Shown here: positions 49,101 to 64,000 of the stretch, piece after piece
Numbering within the stretch: position 1 is the first letter of the stretch
Layout of the letters: the number at the start of each line of letters is the position of its first letter
NCBI RefSeq assembly: GCF_009834535.1
Contig: NC_045717.1
Span: forward strand, 17,608,001 to 17,672,000
DNA from: Camelus ferus
Lineage: Eukaryota
Direction: 5' to 3'
DNA: 64,000 nucleotides
Notes under the pieces: generated by a model
What the model was told of the DNA's origin: nothing
What the model saw: only the letters and a program-made list of their open reading frames with translations
Database searches by the model: none
Program-made: the position numbers and the translations under genes

Positions 49101-52100
49101 CTGCCGCCAAGAGCAGGTGAAGTCAGTGGTTATGAAGTTATTTTACGGCTGTTTTAGAAGAGTTTTAAGAGAGTCATTGACCCCACTGCGAGTGCTAAGA
49201 GCAGAAGCAGGGAGACAGGAGGATAGGAAAGCAAAACTTCTGCCTGCTGGTACAGTGTCACTTTGGACTTGGGCACCGAGGCTACTGGGGAGCCAACGTG
49301 TTGGAAAGAGAGGAACCGCTATGGCTTGGAACTTACAAGGTGGCCAGAGACTGGCTGCCTCCTGAGCTCGGTAGGATCTGTTGGCCACACCCAGATTTTG
49401 ATTTGAAGTCAGGTTCAGAGGTGGATACCACTGAAGTTGAGGGGACCCCCCCAACCCAGGCAGGCGGGCCAAGGCGCACGCTTTGAGGCTTGAGTTGGAG
49501 AGGTGAGCTGCAGGGAGGGAGGCCTCCCCTCCCACTCGTGGGTGCTCCCCTGGACCAGAGGGACTGGCTACCCTTCCAAATATGACTTCTCTTACTTCTG
49601 CTCGGGGCTTGTGAGTCCCTGCAGGTGACGTGGCTGCAGGGCAGGACCCTCCCACATCTGAGCACAGTGGGCTGCAGACCAGAGCCTATGTTCAGGACGG
49701 GGACTCACAAACTCTAATTTTATGTGGCGTGAGAAGTCAGCCCTAGGTGAGTGGAATGGAAACGGGTCTTGCCGTTGGGCCTAGCCTTGGCTTATTTTCA
49801 GTTCTGGGGTTTCAGGTCTGTGTATTAGGAAGTGAGGCCTGGGCTGCCCCAGGGGAGAAAAGAGGAAGTGATGTCAGGCCTTCGGCGAGCTGATAGGCTC
49901 AGGGGGGCTCAGGGGGAACTGAGCCTTGCTACCTCGGGCTGGGGCACCTTGCTACCTTGGCAGCCCTCACCGCGGCCAGGGAGAGGGCTCGCTCCACGAT
50001 CAGTGGGAGCAGGCCGCTCTGAAGCCTGCATGCTGAGTTAACTGGGACCGGGAGCCCTGTCCCTGAAGGGCCTGACAGACTCTCATCCCCAGCAGCCAGC
50101 AGGGCACAGTTCCTGGGGCTTCTGAAGAAAACCTGATGCGTCTGGGCTGGCCACCAAGGGATGGAGGCTGTGGTCACAGGGAGAGGGGAGGGGTCACTAG
50201 GGGCTTCAGGCTCAAAGTACCTGCTGGGGGAGGGGCAGCCAAAGGCAACAGCTCTTACCATATCTGTAGTTTAATTCTCTTGCCATCGAGCTCTATGGTC
50301 CGAATTTTAAAGTCAATTCCTGAAAGACAAGGAATAAAAGGAAAAAAGGGGCATCACGGTCAGCCCACTTCTCAAGCTGTGTCTTGGCTGGTGCTGCGAA
50401 CCCGGGCGGGTGACAGCTGCCACGGTTTACAGAGTACCTGCGGGGTGCTGGGCTGGGATCTCTGAATCCCTCACACAGGTCTGGAGGCACCTGAGAACTT
50501 TCTCCTCTCACTGCAGGGGAGGCTGGGCAAACCCAGGGAGTGCAGACGCCAAAACCTTGTTCTTGCCCCACAAGCCACACCTGACCCTCCAAGCACACTG
50601 GGCACGGGGCCCGGAGAGGCACCTGATGCAGGCAGGCCTCTAGCATCTGCACGTGTTGTTCTCTCTCTGGAGGTGGTCCCTACCCTCCCTGCCTGTCGGC
50701 CTGGAGAACTTCTCCTCCTTTGAGACCTGCCAGAAGGTCACCTCCCAAAAAGCCATCTGGACCCTGCCCTCCTCCGCTCCACCCTCTTGCTTTAGTCCCC
50801 TCTCCCCAGGACCAGGGCGACCTCTCAGCCTCCTTGCCTGTTCTCCAGGCTCCCACTGTTGTCCCCTCAATCTCCTTTCCAGCTTCCAAAATGCAACCTT
50901 AACCATGTCACCAAGCTAACCTCTGCTCCAGACCTGGTGTGTCCACCAATGGATGAATTGATAAACAAAATGTGGTCCACCCCTACAATGGAATACTACC
51001 CAGTCATAAAGAAGGAGGAAGCTCCGACACACACTACAACGTGGATGAACCTTGAAAATATAACACTGAGTGAGAGAAGCCAGACATGGAAGGTCACACC
51101 GTATATAATTCTATTCATATGAAACTTCCAGATTAGGCAAATCAGGAGAGACAGAAAGGAGACCAGTGGTTGCCAGAGGGTGTGGGGGAACGAGGAGATT
51201 GGTGGGACTGACTCAGGGGACTCTGGGGTCTTTTTGTCACAATTAAAATGTTCTGGAATTGATGTTGGTGATGGTCACAGAGCTCTGTGAATATACTTGA
51301 GGCCACTGACTTGCACACTTTAAATGGATGAGCTGAATTATAACTCAACAAAACTCGTAAAAAAAAGACAAACAAACCCAAAACCCAAAACACCTTCCAG
51401 TGGCTTCCCACTGCTTCCCCGGCCCAAGAATTAAGTGCAAACAGTGGCCAGCGTGCTCCAAGGCTCTGCCTTACCTGGTCACCTCTCAGCACCCATGCCT
51501 CCTGCCCTCCTCTCTGGCCACACTGCCCAAGCTTGTCCTGGCCTTGGGGCTTTTTCTGTCCTCCCCTGGAATGTTCCTTCATTCCACAGCCACCTGGCCC
51601 CCCTTCCCTTCACTCAGGTCTCTGCTCAGGTCACCTCCTTGAGGGAGTCTTCCTAAGCCTCCTCTCTCCCCTTCTTCTTCATGAACGATCCCTGACACTG
51701 GATACGTGTTGATTTGCCCTGTGAACCAAGGAACCAAACTTGCTAACTAGAATGGCCTGCGTGGAGGGGGAGTGGCCAAGCCCAGCCTTCGCCTCAAGGT
51801 GTTCGTTCTACATCTCTGCCTCTGAAGCCTGGAGACTGAGGCCTGGCCTGACCCCTCAGAATCTGGGATGGGGATGCTAACTCCATCCTTGCCCACCTCA
51901 GCTGTCCTAGGGACCATGGGGAGTAAAAGCCTGCACTTGAATTTTGCCTCCTGGAGCTTATTTTGTCCCCTAGGGCATAAGCTCCAGGAGGTCAGGGGCT
52001 CATATGCCTTCCTCACAGCTGCATCTCCAGTGACAAAGCATGGCAGGGGCTGCTTATATCTGCCAGAAGCCCATCACCCAGTCCTGCACACACACCCTGA

Positions 52101-54886
52101 CTACAGGCCCTGGGACAGTCCTGGTCCCTCTGATTCATCCAATTCATCTCTGCAGCCCCTGCACTGAGGCAGATGCCTGGCACGCAGCAGGCACTAGAGA
52201 AAGATGGATGAACCAAAGAGTCAAGAGCAACGAGATCTATGTGGTGCCCCACAGTTTACCAAGCACTTTCGTGTGTCAGCCATCTCCCTGCAGGAATGAA
52301 TGAATAAGGCCCTGAGGAGATGGGGGCTGAGCCTGGCTGGGGAGAGCCAACTCCACGAGCCATAGGGCCAAATTTACACCACAAATGATCGATGGAGCTT
52401 AAGAGAACAGGCTTTGGCAAAACGTAACCTGGGCAGAAAATCAACAGCCACTTAATCCCTTATCTATAAAGAAAATGCAGAGATACCAGCCGTGCCAATA
52501 TAGAACTGCCTTTATGCATTCGGTTGCATTTCAGCACTAAGCCTCGCAGTGTCATCTCTTCCTAAAACAGCCCCCCACTCTTGTCACGGATGCATAGGGA
52601 CTTATGGATTCAAAAGGCATTGTTCAGTCGACAGAGCCCACAGCATCATGGTGTCCTATCCTCCTCCTGGGTTTTATTAACACACCAAGTTTAATTAGAA
52701 GTGCAAACTTTATGAGGCCTAAGAGTTAACGAGGCCATAACTTCAAGGTCACAGGGAACTAAACTTTCCTAGAAGACAGAGGTCTGCAGGAAGACTACAA
52801 ATGTAATGAGAATACCGGAGGGGGTGGGGAGGGAGGAATCCTGGGTTCAAATGCCACGTCCACCTCCTTAGGTGACCCTGCCCAAGTCGCATCCTCATCT
52901 GCAAGTGGAGGTTGGCCACCTCAGAGCCCTCAAGGGCTGGACTGGGTTTTCTGGTCAAGAATTAAAAACCAAACAAGACTCAATGTCCCAATTGATCTCA
53001 CTGGGAAGTTTCTGACCCTGGAAAACTGAGGTCTGGGTTGAGAGCGAGCCACAGTCTATGAGGAGTTAACATCTCTTCCTGATTGGTGGGGACGCAAGGG
53101 TTATCCCGAAGTTTGACCCTGGAGCGAGGGGAAGGAAGGACTCAGAAACACCTGGGCCCAGGGGATGGCTGCTGTCACTCCAGGGGACATTCTGCTTCCT
53201 CTAGACAGCCTCTGGTTGTGGTGACAACCCCCTGTTCATTGTACAGTTCCGATCCTCCACCATCCAGGGCACTGGCCAAGGAAGAGAGAACCACTCCTCA
53301 ACTGAAGAAACAGGGCTCAGAGAGGTGAAGTACTCGTTCAATGGCACAGAGAGCAGGAAACCAGGCATGATGACTTCCAGTGCAATTCTCTTTACTTTAC
53401 ATCTGGCACTGAAGTGTTTTGCAAAGTGCAGCTCCTGGAGGAGGCAAGGATGGACTCAGCAGCTCATTGTGGGGTTCAGGGAGCCAAGGTACACAGCGGT
53501 AAAGCAAAGCCCAGGCCCTTGGTCTTTTCCAACTCCTGGGCTTGGTGACCATTCTCTTGCTTCCCCACTCCAGAGCAAGGCTGCACAGCCCACAGGCTAC
53601 TCCATTTGACGGATGTTCCTTCCAGGTCAAGCCTTTTCATGTGGCCAATGGCTGTTTTTGTAGTGGTGGTGCTGGGGGAGAAGTCAGCCCCACTTTTGTG
53701 GATGGCAGAACTGAGAAGCAACAGGTCAATTCTGCTCAACCACAATGTGGGCTGGCCCTGCAGAAAAGGCTGTGCTGCAAAGTGACAGCTGGTGTCCTGG
53801 GCCTAGCGATAGGGAAGTCAGGGCTGTCTGTGGCAGTGGCTGATTTTGGTTTCTCACTGAAGCTTTTATCTGACATCTCCTCAGGATGACAGGTCCCAGG
53901 GCAGGCAGCTGTCACTCGTCATTGCTGTCACCCTTGGGTTGGGATGGAAGGCCGGACAGAGAAAGTCTTTAGACTCCCTCTCACCATTCCTTCTAGCAGA
54001 AATTCCTCCATGGGGGATAAAGGGTCAGAGAGAGGGGTGCAACCCCTGAATATTCTAGAGGAAAGAGCAGGAGAGGTCTGGGTTGGATTCCTAGCTCTGA
54101 GGTGGATCAGCTATGCTTGTCCTGGGGGTGAGTGCGCACATCTCTCTGAGATGGTTGAACCTTGAGTTCTAGGTTCAGACACACCCAGGTACAAATGGCA
54201 TCCTTGCCACCTGTAGACTGGGTGACCTTGGGCAAATTCAGTGTCCTCCCTGAGCCTCAATTTCCTCATCTGTGGCATGAACTTGTAACAGCACCTAACA
54301 CAGAGAACTGGCAAGTGTGATAAACCACATAAGGCGCCTGGCACACAGTAAATGCTCAATAACGTCAGATGTCACTTGTCACTGTCCTTTCCCCATGGCC
54401 AACTCCTCAAGCCTCAGTTTCCACTTCTGTGAGACAAGGACGCCAAGCAATTGCTTGGAGAGCTGCTGCGAGGACAGAGCTAGATGATGGGTGCCAAGAC
54501 CCTATACAGGACATATACTCTAACGAGCAGGCTAAGGGTTGGGGCCTCACTCTCCCCATCTGCAAAATGGGCGCCTGGTCTCGCCCCCATGGCCCAGGAA
54601 CCCCCGAACGGCGGTAGAGGCGACTTCTCTTTTTCCTTCTGGGCCCCTTGACCCTCTCAGATCCCTAGTCCATACGGCCCGGCCGCTCCCTCAGCCCCAG
54701 CCCCTCAGGGGCGCGCCCGGCCCGGGCCTCCCGCGCCCCGGGCCGTTCCCCGGCCCCAGTACCTANNNNNNNNNNNNNNNNNNNNNNNNNNNNNNNNNNN
54801 NNNNNNNNNNNNNNNNNNNNNNNNNNNNNNNNNNNNNNNNNNNNNNNNNNNNNNNNNNNNNNNNNNNNNNNNNNNNNNNNNNNNNN
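37150..54886 (-). CDS. RAB8A: Ras-related protein Rab-8A, 207 aa expected, 8 exons; start inferred inside an N gap
   Basis: Exon 1: only the last 3 nt (54765-54763) and the GT donor are visible. Exons 2-8: 50319-50259, 48416-48356, 44804-44727, 43143-43054, 42531-42466, 41016-40966, 37242-37150. G-box motifs WDTAGQE, GNKCD, ETSAK; C-terminal [10 protein letters not shown] CaaX. 54886 assumes a 124-nt coding exon 1 and a true gap length. Confidence 0.93.
37300..37790. repeat. degenerate (CCAT/CCAA)n low-complexity tract in RAB8A intron 7
   Basis: aaccaaccagccagcc..ccatccatccacc..ccatccatccatctatcc; (TGGA/TGGT)n on the transcribed strand. Confidence 0.8.
38420..38861 (+). mobile_element. MLT1D-like MaLR solo LTR
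   Basis: TGTGG..cccccaaggatgtccat..cctgtgaa..tgcagatgtgatcaagg..gcctctagaagct..gacttctgacctcca..tttgttat..aaacaaatgCA. Confidence 0.75.
39205..39692 (+). mobile_element. internally deleted Tigger1 derivative (Tigger1a-like) nested in an L1MA-type 3' end (about 39125-39204 and 39693-39890)
   Basis: Both Tigger1 ends present (ggccatacctc.. and ..atctccgaggtaggcttg, followed by TA); L1MA-like text resumes on both sides. Confidence 0.8.
50938..51365 (+). mobile_element. L1MB-like 3' end in RAB8A intron 1
   Basis: tgtccaccaatggatgaattgataaacaaaatgtgg..gtggatgaaccttgaaaat..agtgagagaagccagac..gtggttgccagagg. Confidence 0.75.
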
Positions 54887-55740
54887 NNNNNNNNNNNNNN
54901 NNNNNNNNNNNNNNNNNNNNNNNNNNNNNACTGGCCGCTGGCCACGTCCATCAGCGCCGATCCCGCCCCCCATTGGCTCCCGGCCCAACGCGCGTCACCG
55001 CGGCCGACGCCCGCCCCTGCGCCCCGCCCGCCTCGGGGAGACGTGGGGAAGAGGTGAGCTGGGCACGGAGCCGGAAGAGGCCCGAGCGCGTCGCTCATTG
55101 GCCAGCGCTTAGGATAGGGCGGACTGCCATTGGCCATCCGGGAGGAATCGAGGGACTTCAAGAGGGGATAGAGCGGGGGCGTGGCATCCCTTGTCCCCGC
55201 CTTCTCCCCCCCGACTCTGGGGTGGCCCCGCCCCCGACGGGAGGAGGAGGGCGAGGAACTTGGCCAACGGCTCCGCGAGCCCTCAACTTGGGGGCGGGGT
55301 CTGGGAACCACGCGCAGGCGCGCCAGGAAGACCGTTGGCACTAGCAGAGGGCGCACGCGCGTGGGGTCTCAGGCTCCCGCCTTCCAAGGTCCGCGCAGCC
55401 TCAGTTGACCCTGAGACTAGCGCGGGAAGGCTGTGTGGCCGTGGTGGCGTGGTTTGGACGCCTTTCCGTCAGGCCAGGGGGAACCCAAGAGAAAACGAGT
55501 AGGGACGGCGTCATAGTCCAAGCGAGGACCCCTCGAGACGTATTCCGGAACCTCAGCGCTGGCCAGGGGACCTACCTAGAGAAACCCAGGCCTCTGCCAC
55601 CAGTTTATGCCCTGAGGCCCGCAGGACTTGTCAGGACGCGCCCTTGGACCCTACTTAGAAGTTGTCCAGATCTTTTCCTCTAGAGCCTCGCTCCATTAAG
55701 GCGCTCTCGGGGGACCTCGGAACCCGCCGAGGGAGTTAGG
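54600..55740 (-). promoter_or_regulatory. RAB8A CpG-island promoter
   Basis: CpG-dense; CCAAT boxes (plus ATTGG 54972, 55097, 55129); GC boxes; ETS CCGGAAG about 55071; NRF1-like CGCGCAGGCGCG about 55311; CTCF-like 55338-55356. Confidence 0.8.
54766..54929. other. assembly gap (164 N) covering most of RAB8A exon 1
   Basis: Run of N directly next to the exon-1 donor. Confidence 0.97.
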
Positions 55741-58124
55741 GTAGTAAGAATTACAGGGAATAGTTATGAGTGTTGGTTCTGTGCCTGCCAGTGTTGCCAG
55801 CACTTACAAAAAGTATATAAAATACATTACCCCTACCCCAACCCACAGAGGTAGGTATTACTGTGTTCCACCCGCCCCGCCGTTTTATGGTGAGAAAAGC
55901 GAGGCCAGAGAGGTTAAGCGACTTTCCTAGGCTCTTAACCAGGTAATTTGGTTTTCGAACTCAAAGCGACCAGCTTCAGAGGCTAAGGTCTTGACCACTA
56001 TGGTTTCCTGCATCGCAGTTATGAGCCCTACCGTGTGGCTTCATCGCTATATATCACTCTGGGGTATCAGGCCTCCAGGCTTAGCCCAAAGATCTTAGAA
56101 AAGATGGCTCCTATCTCTCCACATTTGTGTTCACAAATGTGGATGAACAGGCCCCAGTTTGGGGGAAGGAGACTATTACAGAGTGATTCTGAGTAGAAAT
56201 TTATTAGAGATTTTATATTTTTTAGTAGATTTTCTGGTAGAAGGAACCCACACAATGAAATGATACGGTTTGAAAAAACAAAACAACACTGATGCACATT
56301 CTTCTGCTCATCTGGCTCTGGTTAGGAAAAGCTCCACCCAGAGCCACTGACCACTTGGTTGGCCTCATCCTCTGTGGGATTTGATACTATTGACCACCTT
56401 CTCTGTCAATTCTTTCTTGGTACTCTTCCCATCTTATTTGCCTGTTATATTACCTATGCCTTCCCTTCTCTGGGCACTGCTCAGATTCCACTGCATTGGG
56501 TGGGTGGGGGTGGGGGGTTGTCCCTTACATATTGGTGTTCCTTATGGATCTTTCTCTCTTTGTTCTTTCTTTTGGGGTGATTATATTCACTCCCATGGCT
56601 TCTACTATCTCCATGTTGGTGATTCTCAATTCTCAAGAGACCCCATTGCCCACCAACCACTCCACGCCCCAACTGCTTTCCGGGCATCTGCCTTTGGATC
56701 TGTCAGACGCTTCACTATGTTCACAACTGAACTCGTCATCTTCCACTTGCACTAGCTTGTCTTGAACCACCTTCTGGGTGAAACCTAAGTCATCTTTGAC
56801 ACTTTCCTTTCATCCTTCGCATCCTGGTATTTAAGTAGGTTCTAAATAGCTCTTGAATCTTGCCGTTCTGTTTCTGTTGCATGTTAGAGCATCACATCTC
56901 CCCACTGGTCTCCCTGATCATTCTCTGATCCGGATTCCACCCTGCAGTGTGCTCAGTCTAAAATACTTATCCAGTATCCACCCATGGTCTATTGGCAGGA
57001 TAAAGTCCTCATCCCATGTCCTACCCACACTTCATGGGATTGGGAACTCCCCAAGAGCTGAGACAGGTCAGTCTAACAAACATTAAATACTTAAGTGCTG
57101 AGGCACAAGGATGCCTAAAACAGTATACTGAGCTTAGATTACAGCCGAAGGAGGTGGGAAGGAGGGACGGGAGGAATTTCAATCTAGCAGTGGTAGGGCC
57201 CTTAAGAGGAGGGGATAGACTTTATCCATTGACATCCCCTGCATCTATCATATAAACAAGCTGTGTCAGCTAAATGTTGAATTAAAATGAAAGAAATGTT
57301 TTAAATTATACTTGGTAACAAAATTATTGCCTATTACGTTCATGTTTTACAGGTTTTCATTTCTCTTTGATTCCCTAACCTCCTTCCCCAAGAGCAGATC
57401 TTAAGGCAAATATCAAAGCAATTCGGGTAATGAAACTGCAGTCATCTTTGACCATTTCTTTAAATTCCTTCCATCCAATAAGCTAAGTCTTGGGATTACT
57501 TCCTTCAGTTCACTTCTTCCTTCTCATTCCAGTATGCTAGGGCACTATCCTGGGTTAACTGACGTATCTTCCTGGCTGAGCTGCCTGCCTCTGGTCTACC
57601 TCCACTCTAGTCCTTCCTAAAAATGAATGCCAAGTGGATTTTCCTAATTTATTTCTTCTATTTGTTGACCAATGGCTCTCCACCCCTGACCAAATCAAGT
57701 TCAGGTTCTAATCAGTGTGAACCCAGCCGACCTTCCAGCTTTCCTACTTCTTTCCTTTATAAACGCAACACAGAGAAAACCTTACCCAGGCAGGCCTTGT
57801 GCTTCCCTGACTCAAGCAACAGGGACCATCTTCCCTGCTACCTTCTCTATTAAAATCTTACTCATTCTTTCACAATCTGGCTCAGGCAAGACTGGGGATA
57901 ACAAAGGACAGGAGGTTTGAGTAACCAAGGGAAATAGCTCTCACCTGTAACACAGAGATCACAATCCTTATACCATGAGTCACAGGATACAGCAAATACG
58001 TAAACGTGCTAAGTTCTTGGCACAGTTCTCTCTCCTTTCTATCCCGTTCACATTTGTTGAACCAAACTGCTGTCTGTGTCCCCACACATTCTGAAATTCA
58101 CACCGATCATAGTTTCTGTAAAAA

Positions 58125-58477
58125 TTTATTTGACCAAAATGTAGAAAAAGTGATACTATTACATATGATACAGTTGCAAGAATTTAAATGAAAAGTGTGG
58201 GTTTTATTCAATTGCACAATTTGCTAGTGTATCTCCTGGGTAGTGTGATGCTTAATAAATAGGAGTGAGGGGCAGAGGATTTGGATAAGCTGGAAGCAGG
58301 GTGATTTTTAGTCAGAATTGTAAACTTGAGTTGGCCCCAACACTGCTGGGGAATGTGGAATGTTTCAGCTCTGAGATGTTAACTGAGAAAGCAGAAATAT
58401 AACAAAGCCAAAATGTGCAGCCTTGACCACAACATACTCCATATCCAGTTTAATCAGGAGTTTCTTGGTCTTTTATT
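58125..58477 (-). terminator. three tandem poly(A) signals of the TPM4 exon-9d 3'UTR
   Basis: AATAAA on the minus strand at 58477-58472, 58208-58203 and 58130-58125. Confidence 0.65.
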
Positions 58478-59456
58478 AACTTGGTCCTGAAGAAGGTGTT
58501 AAAATTCTAGATAAGTAATTTCCAATTTGCCATTCCCTGGAGTATAGAGGAGATGAAATTAGGCCAATTACTTTTCAATCTCTACTTTGCTGTGAGAGAG
58601 GCCCACTCCACCCAGTTTTTGTTTATAGAAAACAGCCTTGCTCAATTATTGACGGCTAGCAGTCTTTTTGATATGGCTTCTCGGAATAGGACTAAATTCT
58701 ACAATATGCATTCCTGCTGAGTGGATGGTCTCATATCAGAGCAGACAAACATGGGTCGTTACTGGAGCAGGACATTAGCTCCTCAGAGAACAACTTTAGA
58801 ACAAAAGAAACACACAGGAGAGCGTAGTATCAAGGATCCACCCAGAAAATAGCTGGGTAATCATTACAACTCTTTTCCAAGCATTCTCATGCCAACTGCT
58901 CAGAGGACGTTTGTTCTGCACGATGGAGTGTGGAAAGAGCTGGGACGACTCGGTGAATCTGTGTGGTTTATGACTTCCCACAGTATACCCCAGCCCCCGA
59001 CTTTTTTTGCTTTGCATGGAAAATCCCCACCCATTTCAATGTGATGGTCTCTGGCCTCCTGTAGTGTGACCAACAGTGGATATTCTTCAATTTTTCAAAT
59101 TGACCCAAGACTAGACATTGGAATCTGTGTTTTGAAAGCATGGGGTTATCTATTCTCCTGGGAATCGAATGCCCGCAGTCTTAAGAGAGTATGCTCAATA
59201 TGAAATACCCTGCCTACCTTAGGAATAAATGCAGTTTAAGGATAAAAATAGAGCTGAAAAAGCTGGTGCCCTTTGGGGGGGGGGGAAGGGAAGGGATAGA
59301 TTTAACTGGTGCACAAAGCGTCTCTGATACAAAATATTTGGTCAACGTATTCATTTCCAGCAAAGCGAAGAGGCAATAACAAAAGAAACTTCTACAAGAG
59401 AAGAGAAAGACACAGAGCTCTGGAGTTTCTGTTGGAACGAGACTCTTCTGTTTTGG

Positions 59457-63787
<4,331 letters not shown>

Positions 63788-63829
63788 CTGTGGGAGAAAC
63801 CAAAACATTGCTTTTAAAAAAGGAGGGGT

Positions 63830-64000
63830 GGGGGCAGGGTATAGCTCAGTGGTAGAGTGTATGCTTAGCATGCACAATGTCCTGGGCTCAATCCCTAGGA
63901 CTGCCATCAAAATAAATAAACCTAATTATCCCCCCCCCAAACAAACCAACAGAAAAACCACCCAAACAAACAATGGGGATGGGTACAGTTCAGCAGTAGA
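63830..64000 (+). mobile_element. Vic-1-like SINE, with a second SINE head starting at 63975 (runs off the window)
   Basis: GGGTATAGCTCAGTGGTAGAGTGTATGCTTAGCATGCACAATGTCCTGGGCTCAATCCC..aaataaataaacctaattatccccc tail, then ggggatgggtacagttcagcagtaga. Confidence 0.85.

Overview
Mammalian (eukaryotic) genomic DNA, very probably a camelid: it carries several tRNA-Ala-derived SINEs of the Vic-1 type. The window holds the conserved TPM4-RAB8A-HSH2D-CIB3-FAM32A-AP1M1 block in reversed orientation (human 19p13 synteny, from memory). Left to right: AP1M1 exon 1 (-), complete FAM32A (-, 4 exons, 112 aa), complete CIB3 (+, 6 exons, 187 aa), complete HSH2D CDS (-, 5 coding exons, 360 aa), RAB8A (-, exons 2-8 visible, exon 1 almost entirely in an N gap) and the 3' end of TPM4 (-, exons 7, 8, 9a, 9d). 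All exons were read by hand, with GT-AG junctions and consistent phases. Most six-frame ORFs are spurious. Best leads: (1) an intact TPM4 striated-muscle terminal exon 9a with a distant branch point, its own poly(A) signal, a nearby TEAD+SRF pair and a Tyr267->Cys core change, while the 9d 3'UTR carries miR-1/miR-133 seed sites; (2) a degenerate repeat of RFX X-boxes in AP1M1 intron 1; (3) a 59-bp-period tandem array in an HSH2D intron. Family names, orthologue comparisons and motif identities come from recall, not from searches. I found no evidence of a wholly new gene system.
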